A DNA stretch of 63,893 bases, counting the filler, from Intoshia linei (lineage: Eukaryota; Animalia; Orthonectida): NCBI GenBank assembly GCA_001642005.1. It is 9 parts of 9 records of this genome, joined end to end, with 100 filler letters (N's around TTAATTAATTAA, not from the genome) between each part and the next. Parts side by side here need not be neighbours in the genome. Positions count along the whole stretch, not along the records: positions 49,170 to 50,670 come from LWCA01002592.1; positions 50,771 to 52,131 come from LWCA01002954.1; positions 52,232 to 54,375 come from LWCA01002388.1; positions 54,476 to 56,076 come from LWCA01002587.1; positions 56,177 to 57,181 come from LWCA01003003.1; positions 57,282 to 61,400 come from LWCA01001986.1; positions 61,501 to 63,893 come from LWCA01002328.1; 2 more parts are not named here. One strand, written 5' to 3'. Positions 50,616-63,551 of this stretch are shown in pieces. The translations under genes were made by a program, and so were the position numbers. Within the stretch, counting starts at the first letter, position 1. Each line of letters starts with the position of its first letter. Under the pieces are notes generated by a model that saw only the letters and a list, made by a program, of their open reading frames with translations, had not been told where the DNA came from and searched no databases.

Positions 50616-52231
50616 GTAGTGAGTTTCGATAAATATTTAATAACACAAAATTATATTTAAAAGTGTTTGANNNNNNNNNNNNNNNNNNNNNNNNNNNNNN
50701 NNNNNNNNNNNNNNTTAATTAATTAANNNNNNNNNNNNNNNNNNNNNNNNNNNNNNNNNNNNNNNNNNNNATGATAAAATAATAAAAAAAAAAATAATTT
50801 ATAATATTAATTATTAAAAATTTACTGTTATTAATTACTAAAAAAATTACAGATATAATGTATAATGTGAATTCTTACATAATATTATAGTGAAGTACTA
50901 CAAAGTACATTATTTATGATAGTTATGTGAGGTTAGAATGTGTGGTATAATCTTAAAAATAAAGTAAAAACAGTACAATCCTAAAAATTGTCATATATTG
51001 TAAAAACTTATTTTGTTATTTTCAATGTGATAATCAGTTTAAACTTTTACACATAATTTATAAATTACCAAAGTCCATTTCGATAACTGAGTCCGTGCCA
51101 ACATTCAATAAGTTTGAAAAATATCTTATTTTTACAAATTCGAGTTAAAAAAAATGATATTCTTGAACATCATAACTTTGTTATGTTTTGATTTTATCTA
51201 TTATCTGTATTTAAATCGTCAGTTAAGATATTATTTATCATATATGGGTGATCTGGTGAATAGCGACATAACTCTACTAACGATAATTTTACAATTAATA
51301 AACGCTACAATAATATAATTCTAAAATAAGGTGTTCACTTTTTTTAAAGAACAAAAGTATATTTTCATATAGGTATGTTTTTGTGTGCTGATCACGAATA
51401 TGTAAAAATTAATACATTTAATTGAAATTTTGTATTTATATCCACTGGAATAAGCTATATCAGAATAATCTTTTTTTTTATTTTCGGACTGTTAATTATT
51501 TCACATTTTTTGTTTTAATAAAATATTACAGACAAAAAAATATATGAAAACTAAAATGCTTTTTTGACCGTGAAGTCGTCACTTATTCGGATTGAAATTG
51601 ATTATGTGTTTTAACAGTATACAACTGTACAATCAGTAAATGGTTTGAAATTCTAAAGCTTTTTTCGATGGAAGAGGATTTAAAGAGGGCGGTAAACCAA
51701 ATNTTTTATCTATTATCTGTATTTAAATCGTCAGTCAAGATATTATTTATCATATATGGGTGATCTGATGAAAAGCGACATAACTCTACCAACGATAATT
51801 CTACAATAATATAATTCTAAAATAAGGTGTTCACTTTTTTTAAAGAACAAAAGTATATTTCCATATAGGTATGTTTTTGTGTGCTGATCACGAATATGTA
51901 AAAATTAATGCATTTAATTGAAATTTTGTATTTATATCAACTGGAATAAGCTCTATCAGAATAATTTTTTTTAATTTTTGGACTGTTAATTATTTTACAT
52001 TTTTTGTTTTAATAAAATATTACGGACAAAAAAATATATGAAAACTAAAATGCTTTTTTGACCGTGAAGTCGTCAACTATTCGGATTGAAATTGATTATG
52101 TGTTTTAACAGTATACAACTGTACAATCAGTNNNNNNNNNNNNNNNNNNNNNNNNNNNNNNNNNNNNNNNNNNNNTTAATTAATTAANNNNNNNNNNNNN
52201 NNNNNNNNNNNNNNNNNNNNNNNNNNNNNNN

Positions 52232-52798
52232 GTTTTTTCTATTTAATTTATGTTGAATCGTTAATAAGTGGGGTACCCATATTCCTGACTTATTCACTTT
52301 TTGTAAACGTTTAAAACAATTAAAGGCACTGGTTTTTAAACAGCTGGCAACAATGAAAAGCGATTGACATGTTTGAATTTGAGATTTTTTCAATTCACTT
52401 TTTATTTAATTAATATCAACAATTGAAGGTCTACCGGAACGTTGGAAATTCATTATGGTGTAGTTTTCATCTCGAAATCTTTTAAAGCATCTTTGACATT
52501 TTCTGTCATTTAAAACATCCTTACCATACACAGCACATATATTTTTGGTAGGTACCACTGCACTAAGGTCCTTAAAGTATTCATACAGTAAAATATGACG
52601 TAAATGTCCCTCAAAATCATTAAAATGGCTATTGAATAAATGTAGATTTAATTAAATTACGTTCTCATCTGATGTGGTCGTACGCATGATTGTTAAGAAA
52701 TATTTTATATTTGGAAATATGTGAAATCTTATCGGTTATATAGCGTTTCTAATCAATTATATCAATAAAAACGACATAACTTTGTGAATCACCTAATA
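52232..52798 (-). mobile_element. mariner transposon 5' fragment
   Basis: TA-TTAGGTGATTCACAAAGTTATGTCGTTTTT TIR; HLRHILLYEY...ICAVYG...SGRP HTH; GIWVPHLLT (WVPHEL motif). Frameshifted. Confidence 0.85.
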
Positions 52799-53202
52799 TT
52801 TCAAATTTTTTATTAATAAAATAGTTGAATAATAAAAATAAATGAATACTAAAATTCTTTTTTTATCGTAAATGCGTCACTTTCTCAGATTGAAATTTTT
52901 TGTATGTGTTCACTGGATATGATTATTAACTAATTTTTTTTAAATTTTAAGACTTTTTTTTATTTTTTAAAAAAAGGGCAATCTGGGGTAATGGTAGTGA
53001 AAACTGAAATATAGATAAAAACACATTCTCGGAAAACCTGTATTAGAAATTGTGTTTTTTTAAATTCTACGACTGTCAATTTTTTCAATAAATGGTGACA
53101 CACAGACACACACATTCATTTTTATATAAATAAAGGATATTCTCGGATAAATTAAGATAAATTTATATCAATCTTTGATTCAAAGGCTTTGGATCAATTA
53201 TA

Positions 53203-54245
53203 CACTGCGTTCCAAGTTATTATGGAAAGATCAAATGAAAGACAAATAAAAAACTACAGTAGTTGTACTCACAGCCTGACTGTATAAATTTTAGATGAAA
53301 AAAATTGTAGGTCTACAAATTATACATTTTCTGAATCGGTACACTTTCTGGAGTATTTTAAAAAAAAATTAAAAAAATTCTTAGTTGGCTTTTTTTTTAA
53401 ATGCAAGAAATGTAAATTTTATGTAAAATTGAAAATTTCTCTGCCAAAAAATATTTAAATTTTTATTTTTTTAACATTTTATAACTGAATATAATTATTT
53501 TCATTGAAATACTGAAAATTAATCATATTTCAACATTTTGAAAAATTTATGACAAACTTGAATGTATAGAAATTTAATAAAATGATAATGAATTTTCAAA
53601 TGTGCTTGCATGCATAATCTTGTATAGCTTTCAGCAATTGTTGACCATACTTGTCTTTATTAACTTCTGTTACAGCATACTTAGCCCAGGTTTTTTTAAA
53701 ATTTGCATGCACAGATTCTGAGGCTTGCTCAGACCATATACCAAGTGCTAATTTATTTTCTTCACAAAAATCAGAGATATGGAAAAAAATAGAGTGTAGT
53801 TTTGGAGTTATTATTATGTTAAGCTTGCAAAAACTTTCTTTAAAATTACTTATCACTTGTTTATAATTTCCTTTCAAAGTTTTGCCAAAACATGAATTCA
53901 CAATAGCATTGAAATCATTTAATGCGATGACAAATTCAGGATATGGACGGTGCAGTTTATCAATCAATAAATTTGTGTGTTGTAATAGCTTTTTAGTCAT
54001 TCCCATTAAAAACTCCTCCGTGGTAAACTTCCTGTTGGATATTACAAAGTGTAACCCAGTTATCCGCTTCTTGCCAAATTTTTTTGAGTGCATTAAAAAT
54101 TGTATTTACAGTGCCTATAGGCAAGTGTAATTCAGGCGGTGGAATTAAATTGAATATTTTACATTCATTTTCTTTATGGAATATTGGAAGATGTATGAAA
54201 TTTCCATATTTCTTGGCAAATTTTTTTACAGCTCCATTTAGGTGG
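53203..54245 (-). mobile_element. Transib/Chapaev-clan transposase C-terminal fragment
   Basis: PPELHL upstream in another frame; ITPKLHSIFFH...LGIWSEQASESVH (H-x4-H and catalytic-E motif). A candidate CAC-starting terminus lies at 53203. Confidence 0.6.
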
Positions 54246-54862
54246 ATAATATTTATATATATATATTATTAACCCATATACTCCCAGTGTGACGATATAG
54301 TCACACAACATTACATTTATAAAAACACATATCAAATTGAAACAAAGTTAATTAAATATGAAAAATTAAATTAATNNNNNNNNNNNNNNNNNNNNNNNNN
54401 NNNNNNNNNNNNNNNNNNNTTAATTAATTAANNNNNNNNNNNNNNNNNNNNNNNNNNNNNNNNNNNNNNNNNNNNTGTCAACAAAAAACAATACACAAAA
54501 AGCTAAATAATATTTAATTTATATTTTGTATGATGAATTTGAATTTAATTATAATCTCTTTGAATTATAACATAATTTATTTATATTTATCCTACTTTTA
54601 TCTATATCTTTTATCCTATCTATATATTAATTTATCTTACTTCTTTTAAATTTTGCCTAGTAATTTTGTTTAGTGGTCCGTGGGAAATTTTATAGTAAAG
54701 AAAAAAGTGTAGGAACCCTGAACTATGGCACACGTTTTTGTAACATTCAAATTTATTGATATCATCTAGCACAAGATTTTGATGTATCATAATTTATTCA
54801 TATTATCTATCGCTTAATATGTACGATGGTTCCTTAAATAGTTAATTGCCATTTAACTACAA

Positions 54863-55133
54863 TACACTATAACTTGTCTACAATGGAACTTATTTTAATA
54901 AAATACATTTTAATGTACACAATTGGTTTTAAAATTATATCCTATAGTGATTAGATGTATTTAGACATGTTAAAAGGGAATTTTAATTTTGTCTAAAATG
55001 GATAATCCATGGGTATGACAATAAGTATTGTTTTTAGCAACATTTTAAACATAACCAAAATTGTTAACTTTTAACAATGGAACTTGTTATAACAACTCAA
55101 TTTTACGTTCCACTGAAGACAAGTTTCGCTGTA
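54863..55133. mobile_element. pogo/Tigger-like MITE
   Basis: Imperfect TIRs of about 27 bp: TACACTATAACTTGTCTACAATGGAAC / GTTCCACTGAAGACAAGTTTCGCTGTA. Confidence 0.55.
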
Positions 55134-55568
55134 ATTTGATTTTAGATTAAAGATTTACAAAATCAATATAAACTACAGTGCAATAAAATTTCTCCAAGCA
55201 TATTAATTCAAGATTTTCTGCGTAATGTAATTATTTTAAATCTTTAAAATATAGTGATGCTGATGTAAACGTCTCTGTATATTTTATTGGACTGATTATT
55301 AAATTTTCAATGAACGACCATCATACTCAATTAAATTTGGTTACGTTTAATAAATTTAATACGTATATTTGACTACCAAATTACAATGCATTCCAATAAG
55401 ATAATAAAAAATTAATAGTAAAATAAATTATTTTTTTGTAATTACAAATTCTTATAGTTTTTAATACGAATTTGTGATTATATTGTTGGAACTCCGTATA
55501 TACTCGATATCATGGCTAATTAAATTATAACAGCATCAATTTTTGTATAAGTATTTATTACTGTAGAT

Positions 55569-55957
55569 CAGGGCTTCTCAACCTTTTTTTAGAATCGCTC
55601 CTTCCATAATTTAAAATAAAAATNTTCCATAATTTAAAATAAAAATCGCATATTTTTAGATTGATAAAATTTACTTAGTGACTCACAATTAGTTAGTGTT
55701 TTCAATTACCTTTTAGTAACAAGTTTTTACTGTTACTCAAATTTTTAAAGAATCGCCCATAGAATCAATAATTATCTTTAAAAAATTCTGATACTTTTTT
55801 ACGTTATTTTAGCAATAAAATTAATCAAAAGGACTTTAATATTTTAATTAAATGACGAAAAATAATTTGTGACTTTCCAAAAATATTATTGAATTATTTA
55901 TTTTGTGAAATAAAATAGAAAAATCGCCCCTTGGTCGACCACCTTTGAGAACCTCTG
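55569..55957. mobile_element. hAT-like MITE
   Basis: CAGGGCTTCTCAA / TTGAGAACCTCTG termini with TSD CTGTAGAT / ATGTAGAT (7 of 8 match). Confidence 0.75.
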
Positions 55958-56176
55958 ATGTAGATCAGCACCAAAATGTAAACCATGTTAATTGAGTTTT
56001 GTCTCTCTGAAATAAATTATAAAATTGATTTTGTTAAAAGGAATCTATATTATTTTTTTCAAACGTTTAATATAATNNNNNNNNNNNNNNNNNNNNNNNN
56101 NNNNNNNNNNNNNNNNNNNNTTAATTAATTAANNNNNNNNNNNNNNNNNNNNNNNNNNNNNNNNNNNNNNNNNNNN

Positions 56177-57181
56177 AATGTTGAAAATATCTTTTTGTTC
56201 GCTAGTTTATCAAGACATACTTTTATATTGGGTGCAGGATAAGTGTCTATTTTTGTAAATTTATTTAATTTTCTATAATCAACGACAAAACGATGAGATC
56301 CATCTTTTTTTTAACAAAAAAATAAGGAGATCGCCACGTAAATTTAGATGGATTAGAAGATACCGGTTCGATTATATCGTTTTTATATTGGATTGTATGT
56401 GAGATTGTTCTACTTCCCTAAGATGAATAGGAGTTGGATAAATGGGTCCTTTATAACCATCAGATCTTGTTATTAGAGGAATAGTATGAAATAATTGTTT
56501 TACTTTAGCAGGATTTTCAGAAAAGATATGTTTAAATTCATTAACAATAGAATGGTACATTGGATTCAGATAACTGAAACCGGCGTCACATTTAGATAAA
56601 GACGAACAATATTTATTTGATATAACATCAAAATTTTTTCCAAATTTTATAATTCCTTGTTCATATAGCGATCGGAATCCTAAAATTGATCTATAATTTG
56701 TGATAACAAATATTTCTGATCTTCCAAAATCAGGTAAATATAGATTAACAAAACCCAAAGTCGTTAATTCGCCTCCATTATAGTTATAAATAGTTTTATC
56801 AAATTGATATATTTTTGGAATTTTAATTAATGTTTTTAAAAAATTAGCATTTATTGTGTTAATGGCGGAACCTGTGTCTAGNTAATTTGTGATAACAAAT
56901 ATTTCTGATCTTCCAAAATCAGGTAAATATAGATTAACAAAACCCAAAGTCGTTAATTCGCCTTTATTATAGTTATATCAATTTGATATATTTTTTGAAT
57001 TTTAATTAATGGTTTTAAAAAATTAGCATTTATTGTGTTAATGGCGGAACCTGTGTCTAGTAGAAAATTAACGGTTATATCATTTTCATCGGTAATTTTC
57101 ATTCGCAAAGTGGCAGAGGAAATATCATCGGAATTATTCAAATTGTTCACTGTAGGACAAAACCGCTCGAAATGAGAATAT
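56177..57181 (-). mobile_element. Ty3/gypsy protease and RT-start fragment
   Basis: FLLDTGSAIN protease motif; downstream SHRFVVDYRKLN...DTYPAP RT start. Sits between gaps. Confidence 0.8.
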
Positions 57182-57281
57182 NNNNNNNNNNNNNNNNNNN
57201 NNNNNNNNNNNNNNNNNNNNNNNNNTTAATTAATTAANNNNNNNNNNNNNNNNNNNNNNNNNNNNNNNNNNNNNNNNNNNN

Positions 57282-57925
57282 TACATTCCCTACTTAAAGA
57301 GTATTGGTGGTGAGCTGATAGATGAAGAAACAAATTGGAGTATATTGTTAGATTCGGGATACTTGGGATCTATCTCTGATACTCCTGATATATCTAAAAT
57401 TGCAATGCCACGATCTTCCCAGTGTACCACAGTTAGCGAAAAATCAAATCTCCGTAGAATGGCTTTGAAACGTCTTCCGGGGGAACAATTCTTTGGAAAA
57501 CTTAAAAAATCGTTTAAGGTATTATTGTTTATTGTTAAAAATTTAGTAAACTAGTTAGGTATACACAAAAAACTGATTACTTGTAAAATAATTTTTTTGA
57601 AATGATCGTCTATGAGAAATGACCTTAATAATTCATTATCAACCCAATATAGTGATATTTTATATTAATTAAATGTTTTTTATCTTGAATCAGTATTATT
57701 GTGCATTTCCAATCCTCAATTTATATATTATATTAATCTAAAATTATAATTTCAGAATTTTTTGTCTATATTACATCATCCTGTTTTTATTTTTAGATAG
57801 GACTGGGCCCTAGTCATTCTAAAACTAATCTATTGATATTAAATTTTACATTTTCAACGTGTTCAATGTTATTTTTCTTAATTACGGTAATTCATCAAAA
57901 TTTTCAATCTAAGTTACTAAAATAA
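57282..57925 (+). CDS. 3' exons of an unidentified gene with a hydrophobic C-terminus
   Basis: Open, coding-like frame from the gap edge (YIPYLKSIGGELIDEETNW...KKSFK) to a GT donor at about 57519, then an acceptor at about 57796 giving IGLGPSHSKTNLLILNFTFSTCSMLFFLITVIHQ... Confidence 0.4.
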
Positions 57926-58644
57926 ATAAAAGCATAACATGAAATTTAAATATTTATTGTAAATAAGTGCAAGGGTTAAATGGTGTAGAAATTAAATTTT
58001 AAATTCTTTCACAACATTAAATCACTGTTCATGAATAATTGCATTAGAGTAAAATTTTTGTAAATTTAAAGCTTAAATTTCGAGTTTTGTAAAAAAATAA
58101 TTGAAAATTCCCATTCAAGAATTTAATGAAAAATACCTCCCATGTAAAATTTGGTATAAAAATTATCCTTCAAATTGGTCAAAAATATGTTCATAATATG
58201 CAATTTTAGACTTATTTACCGTTTCCTGTTGTGAAATGTCAATGTTGAAAAATTTCCAACCTTTCCAAATTTAAACAACGACCAAATAAGTTCAAAACAT
58301 TAAATCATTTCATAAAATATTGATTATATTGATCTAATTCGTAGAAATAAATTTGACGGTTCTAATAAATTGATAATAAAAATACTGACCATTATATTTA
58401 TTAGGTGGATAATCTCACAATGTGTCATTTGCATAGTAGTTTTATAATAGTTTAACTGTTTACTATTGAGTAATCAGATTAAATTTAATTTGTAAACAGT
58501 ATTGATAAAAATAACTGAATACAACCGAGTTGTCAACAGTTAAATTAAATTGTTCCGAGTACTTTCGAGTAAAAACGATATTATTTAGTTTTAAACAATT
58601 TTATCCATTGCATAAAGTTTTTGTACACTAAAAAGCAAATTAAT

Positions 58645-59748
58645 TTATTTACGAAACAAACAAATATTTTTAACAATATAATGACGGTATTTTTTGGAGA
58701 ATAAAATGTAAATAATTGGATTGGAGCAAGAATAAGCATAAGAAGAGATGTGTGCAAACATTCGAAAATGGTAAAAAAATTGACCTTGTTTTTCAAAATC
58801 CAAAAAGAAAGATTGCCAAATCCAACTTATACTTGTAGGTAGCCACGAAAAAAAGAAAACGACAAATATAACGACCAAAAGTCCAATAGTATTAGTCTTA
58901 ATTTGACTTCTCATTCGATTTTCAAAATATTTTTGGGTATGAAATAATTCAATTGGTGCGATAATTTTTTTGACGGCATTATTAAAGAAATGCTTAATAG
59001 ATTTTTCAACATTGGGGTCCGACACCTTACTACTTGTGCAGGATTTACTACTTTCAATGTTTTTGAGATTCATCAGATTATTTTTTTTAGTTGAACTGTA
59101 CATGGAATCATTGTTTACACGTATATTTATGCGTTTTAATATATTTAAACTACTAAATTTTTTCTTAATACTGACAATTATATATACGGTGCCAATAAAA
59201 TTGTAAATTGAGGGAGCAATATATCCTGTTGTACTAATGAAAAGAAAATAGTACTTTCTCAGATATTGAAAATTACCCCATTTATCTATACAATATTTCA
59301 TTTCTCCAGTTAATGTCTCCGTTTTGAATAGAAATATCCATGGAAATGGGAATATAATGGACATGGCCCATATGACAATTAATATTTTGTAGGTCAATCG
59401 AATTCTAATGATAGTTGTCCATTTGGTAGGATTTCCGACTGCTAACAATTTATCCAGTGTCATTGCACATATTGTGAATATACTCAAATACATGGCTTGA
59501 TATTGTAAATAATTAACCACTATGCACATTATTCGATCAAATGGCCAATATTGTATAAAATACATTATTCCGTGAAATGGTACACATAGTAAGAGAAATA
59601 TAAAATCAGCTGCAGCCAAGTTTAGCACATAAATGTTTGTTGGACTTTTCATGAATCTATATCTTTTTAGTAGCATTATCATCATTAAAAAATTTCCAAT
59701 TAATCCAATTACTAAAATTCCTCCGAAACAAATAATTAGAAAAATCAT
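58645..59748 (-). CDS. Class A neuropeptide GPCR, galanin/allatostatin-A receptor-like, intronless ORF
   Basis: Seven TM segments; GLIGN, SPTNIYVLNLAAADFIFLLLCVPFHG, WPF..MC, FSWLP, AHISSYAYSCSNPIIY. Confidence 0.88.
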   Translation of the reverse strand: MIFLIICFGGILVIGLIGNFLMMIMLLKRYRFMKSPTNIYVLNLAAADFIFLLLCVPFHGIMYFIQYWPFDRIMCIVVNYLQYQAMYLSIFTICAMTLDKLLAVGNPTKWTTIIRIRLTYKILIVIWAMSIIFPFPWIFLFKTETLTGEMKYCIDKWGNFQYLRKYYFLFISTTGYIAPSIYNFIGTVYIIVSIKKKFSSLNILKRINIRVNNDSMYSSTKKNNLMNLKNIESSKSCTSSKVSDPNVEKSIKHFFNNAVKKIIAPIELFHTQKYFENRMRSQIKTNTIGLLVVIFVVFFFSWLPTSISWIWQSFFLDFEKQGQFFYHFRMFAHISSYAYSCSNPIIYILFSKKYRHYIVKNICLFRK

Positions 59749-60756
59749 ATTTTTTACATGTAAAATTAGCTGTACAACATGTTACAATATAATTAAATAT
59801 CTATCAATTTTATTCCACTGACTTGTAAATAATTTTTATATGCATTGATGTATATAAATTTATTCTTGATTGTAAGATCAATAATGATCACCACTTCATT
59901 TAAGATTTGAAAAATCGATGACATTCAAGAAATTGAAATTTGATTAAATTTAGTGGTAACATTTGCAAAATACAAGTTCAATAAATTTTTCAAAATCTAC
60001 ATTTTTACTTAAATTAAACTTTTATATTCAAAGTAGAAAATTAGTCCTAGCAAGATAAATAATTTGTGTAATAATAAAATGATTTAACTGCACAAAATAT
60101 TTTAGAATATAAATAGAGGGAGTTATGAATTATTATGTAACAAATATTATTCATTATTTCATTTATTCTTCACCGACGGATGAAAAAGGGCGTCCATAGC
60201 GATATTGTGCTACAGTGGCTACCAATCCTTATTAATTTAATTTTTTAATAAAAACGTATTTAATATACAATATTATTATATTGGCCAATTAGTGGGAAAC
60301 ACATACAGGTGTATTGCGATATAATATATACCTTAATGTAATTAAAATAATCAATATATTGAATATTAGCCTGATTGATATACTAGTGCGCTGTATACTA
60401 ATTATTCGAGTAAACCTTACGAGACTATGCTGATTTTTAAAATTGAAAGCAAAAAATTTCACTTTTGAAATGTTAAAAAACACTAAAATTTAAAGTTCAA
60501 AATTCACAAATTTCAAATGTCATTGATTTATAAAGTGAACACTTTAAATTTGGCTAAGAATTAGCAATAAAATATATTCAATTCATGACACGTAATTACA
60601 ATTACGTCGCGTCTATTGTATTTCAAATATAATTTATTTTATTGTTGACACAAAGTAAACATTGATAATAAAATTAATTTTTACTAATAATTAGTATTGA
60701 GTAATTTGTCCAAAATTTATATTAATACCGCCTTATTATGGTTTGCATACAAAAAA

Positions 60757-60870
60757 ATGTAAATTTAGTAGTTTTTGGCACGTATACAAACCAATGTAAA
60801 TTTATGAGTGTAGTTTTTGGCATCTATACAAACCAATGTGAATTTATGAGTGTAGTTTTTAGCATCTATA
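60757..60870. repeat. About 39-bp tandem repeat x3
   Basis: Unit TGTAAATTTATGAGTGTAGTTTTTGGCATCTATACAAACCAA-like. Confidence 0.8.
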
Positions 60871-62231
60871 CATGCAATTGTCTTGTAAGGGTTAATAATG
60901 TGTGTGAATGATAGAATAACAATTTTTTTCATTTAATCGGCATCATGCCACTATGAGGAAGTTTATCGAAAATATCAAACAAGTAGAATAAGTTAGTAAA
61001 CTTAGTACAGTTATAGCTCGAAATATAATTGACAATCCTCCAGTCAAGAAAAATTTTTACCGGTCCGCTAAATAACTTTTACTAATTAAAAGTAAAATTA
61101 TTACGATTTTTATGAAAATTTTTAGTAATATTGCTTAGTAATTTCGCTTTAATGTTCCGCGATAAATTTTAAAATTTATTACAGGCCCGCTATGAAAAAA
61201 GTGTGAGAACCCTTGGCTTATAACATAAGCTTTCTACTGTAATGCACTAATAATATCATAATTTGCAGATCATTTATAATGCACTCATTTTGTAACTTTT
61301 ATCTCAAGTTTGACTTGTGTTAATCTAACAATTTAATTGTATTTTTATTGTTATGTAATTATAATTATTTAAGTTGTGCCGTTTTTACCATATTTCACTG
61401 NNNNNNNNNNNNNNNNNNNNNNNNNNNNNNNNNNNNNNNNNNNNTTAATTAATTAANNNNNNNNNNNNNNNNNNNNNNNNNNNNNNNNNNNNNNNNNNNN
61501 ACTTTTTAATTTTGTTAAAAAAACGACATTACTTATGAAACGACCTAATAGTAAATGATAAAATGTCAAATATTAATTTTTGCGTTCAATTTTTTATTAC
61601 AACTATACAAAATAAAATTTACAATTGCTCATTTTCCATTTAAAAATATACTTAAAACAACCCATGGTGTACAGCAGTGGTCGGCAACCTTTTGCATCTC
61701 GTGGTCACTTTTTTATATCTAAAAATTCTACGCGCCGTTTCTACAAATTTACACATAACACATTTCAATTATATCTGAAGACAAACGGTTCTAGTATATT
61801 CAAGCAAATAAACTCTAGGGCGATCTGAAAATATTTAAATTCAGCATTAACATTATTATACTGAGCCAATTATACAATGTAGTATAATCTGTTTATTTTA
61901 TTAGTATTTATCCATTAAACATCAAAGCAGGATTATTTTGTTAAATTTATCATTCACATTTAATTAATGTAACAATACATTCTATTTAAAATTTTAATCC
62001 CAATATTAGTGTAAGGTTATACATTTTTATATTAAAATCCTTTGAAATAATGGTAAATTTCGACTGAAATATTTATAAAGTGAAGATTCAATTAATTATT
62101 GATACACAATTAGTATTTTTAAGTATTTATTAAATTGGTACTGAATATATATCATCACATTGAAAATATATAAATAGGTTTTTATAATTTTATTTTTTCT
62201 TGAATTTATGCTATTTATGACAATTTTTAGG

Positions 62232-62396
62232 ATTGGACTGTTTTTACTTTATTTTAATATTATACACACATTTTGTCTAATAAAATTGGACTGTTTTTAC
62301 TTTATTTTTAATATTATACACACATTCTGTCTAATAAAATTAAAAAGTTTTAACTTTATTTTTAATATTATACACACATTCTGTCTAATAAATTAA
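62232..62396. repeat. About 50-bp tandem repeat x3
   Basis: Unit ...TTTTACTTTATTTTTAATATTATACACACATTCTGTCTAATAAA. It explains the repetitive 62208 ORF. Confidence 0.85.
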
Positions 62397-63168
62397 AAAA
62401 ATTGGATAATAACTGTTTTTAAAATTCTATACGCAAATGTTAACAAAACAAAATGAAAATGGAATAATTCACTTTAAAGTAAAAATTAATGTGATATGAC
62501 GGTTTCACCTGAAACAAATTTGGGAACCACTCCTTTAAAGCATTGATAATAGTTAATAGTAGGATTTTTAAGTTAGATTTTCAACGTGAATTTATTTTGA
62601 TATAATAAAAATTGCCTTCAGCAGAGCTAGGTGCTGTTTGTACGTAGTACAAAACAGCCAAGCTAGTTTATTATAATTATAAGTAAAAGTTAATTATCTT
62701 AATATTCACGGTTATCAACAATAAAAATCTTTTACTTTTTAAAAGAAGTGTCATTTGATAGTTTTACAATGAAGATGTAAGTGACTAATGTTGAGATATA
62801 CGTTAATATTAATGATTTAAAATCTGTTCTAGAATATAGGTTTTTTAGAACATAGGACGCTTAATTTTTTAATAAAACAGTAACACACATGTAAAGTATA
62901 CATTTGGTACCCATAATTCAAAAAAGGTAAGGACCCCAGAGTTACATACATGTAGTAGAATGTTTAATCTGTTAAACAAAATCGTCTGTGACCATATAAA
63001 TTAGAAAAATAGTTTAGCCATTCTGGATATATTTTATAAAAAGTTTTTATTAACTGTTAACCGGTTATTTTCTGGATAAATCGTATTTTAGTTTTTACTC
63101 AATATATACACATTTTAACTAAATTTGAAATTATTGAATTTACATTATCTCCATTGTGTATTTTTTAG

Positions 63169-63551
63169 TAAAGATGTTCAATTACCAATTCAAATGCAAA
63201 AATCGATGAGTGCGGTAGCTGAAGCCACAAGAGAAGCTGAAGCAAAAGTATATATTACATATAAATATAATATAAATCAGTGGGTTTAACTAGATTCATG
63301 ACTGATTTAAACTGACTAACTTTCAATCTCTTTTGTAAAACTGTTATTTTTCTTTTAATAATATAAAATTATAATATTATCAACGGTAAATATACTCATT
63401 CAACTCGAATATTTTAAATTTTCCCTTTTTAGTATGACAATCATTATAATTAATAGGGTGTCTTTAAATATTTTTGATATATGTAGGTTATAATGGCACT
63501 AGGAGAAAAGAATTCAGCCCAATCTATTAAAGAAGCTTCCGATATAATTGG
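63169..63551 (+). CDS. Stomatin/MEC-2 (band 7) family, internal exons
   Basis: KDVQLPIQMQKSMSAVAEATREAEAK and VIMALGEKNSAQSIKEASDII match the stomatin SPFH C-terminal motif (KDV.LP..LQRAMAAEAEA.REARAKVIAAEGE). Confidence 0.8.

Noticed and set aside
51190-52131. Near-identical tandem duplication of about 450 bp across a single N (similar cases at about 55605-55645 and 56695-57060)
   Set aside because: The duplications straddle single-N contig joins and are most likely unmerged overlaps or allelic haplotypes.
17232-61500. TTAATTAATTAA recurring inside N-runs at eight places
   Set aside because: Identical 100-bp scaffolding spacer with six-frame stops; an assembly artefact, not a biological repeat or CRISPR.
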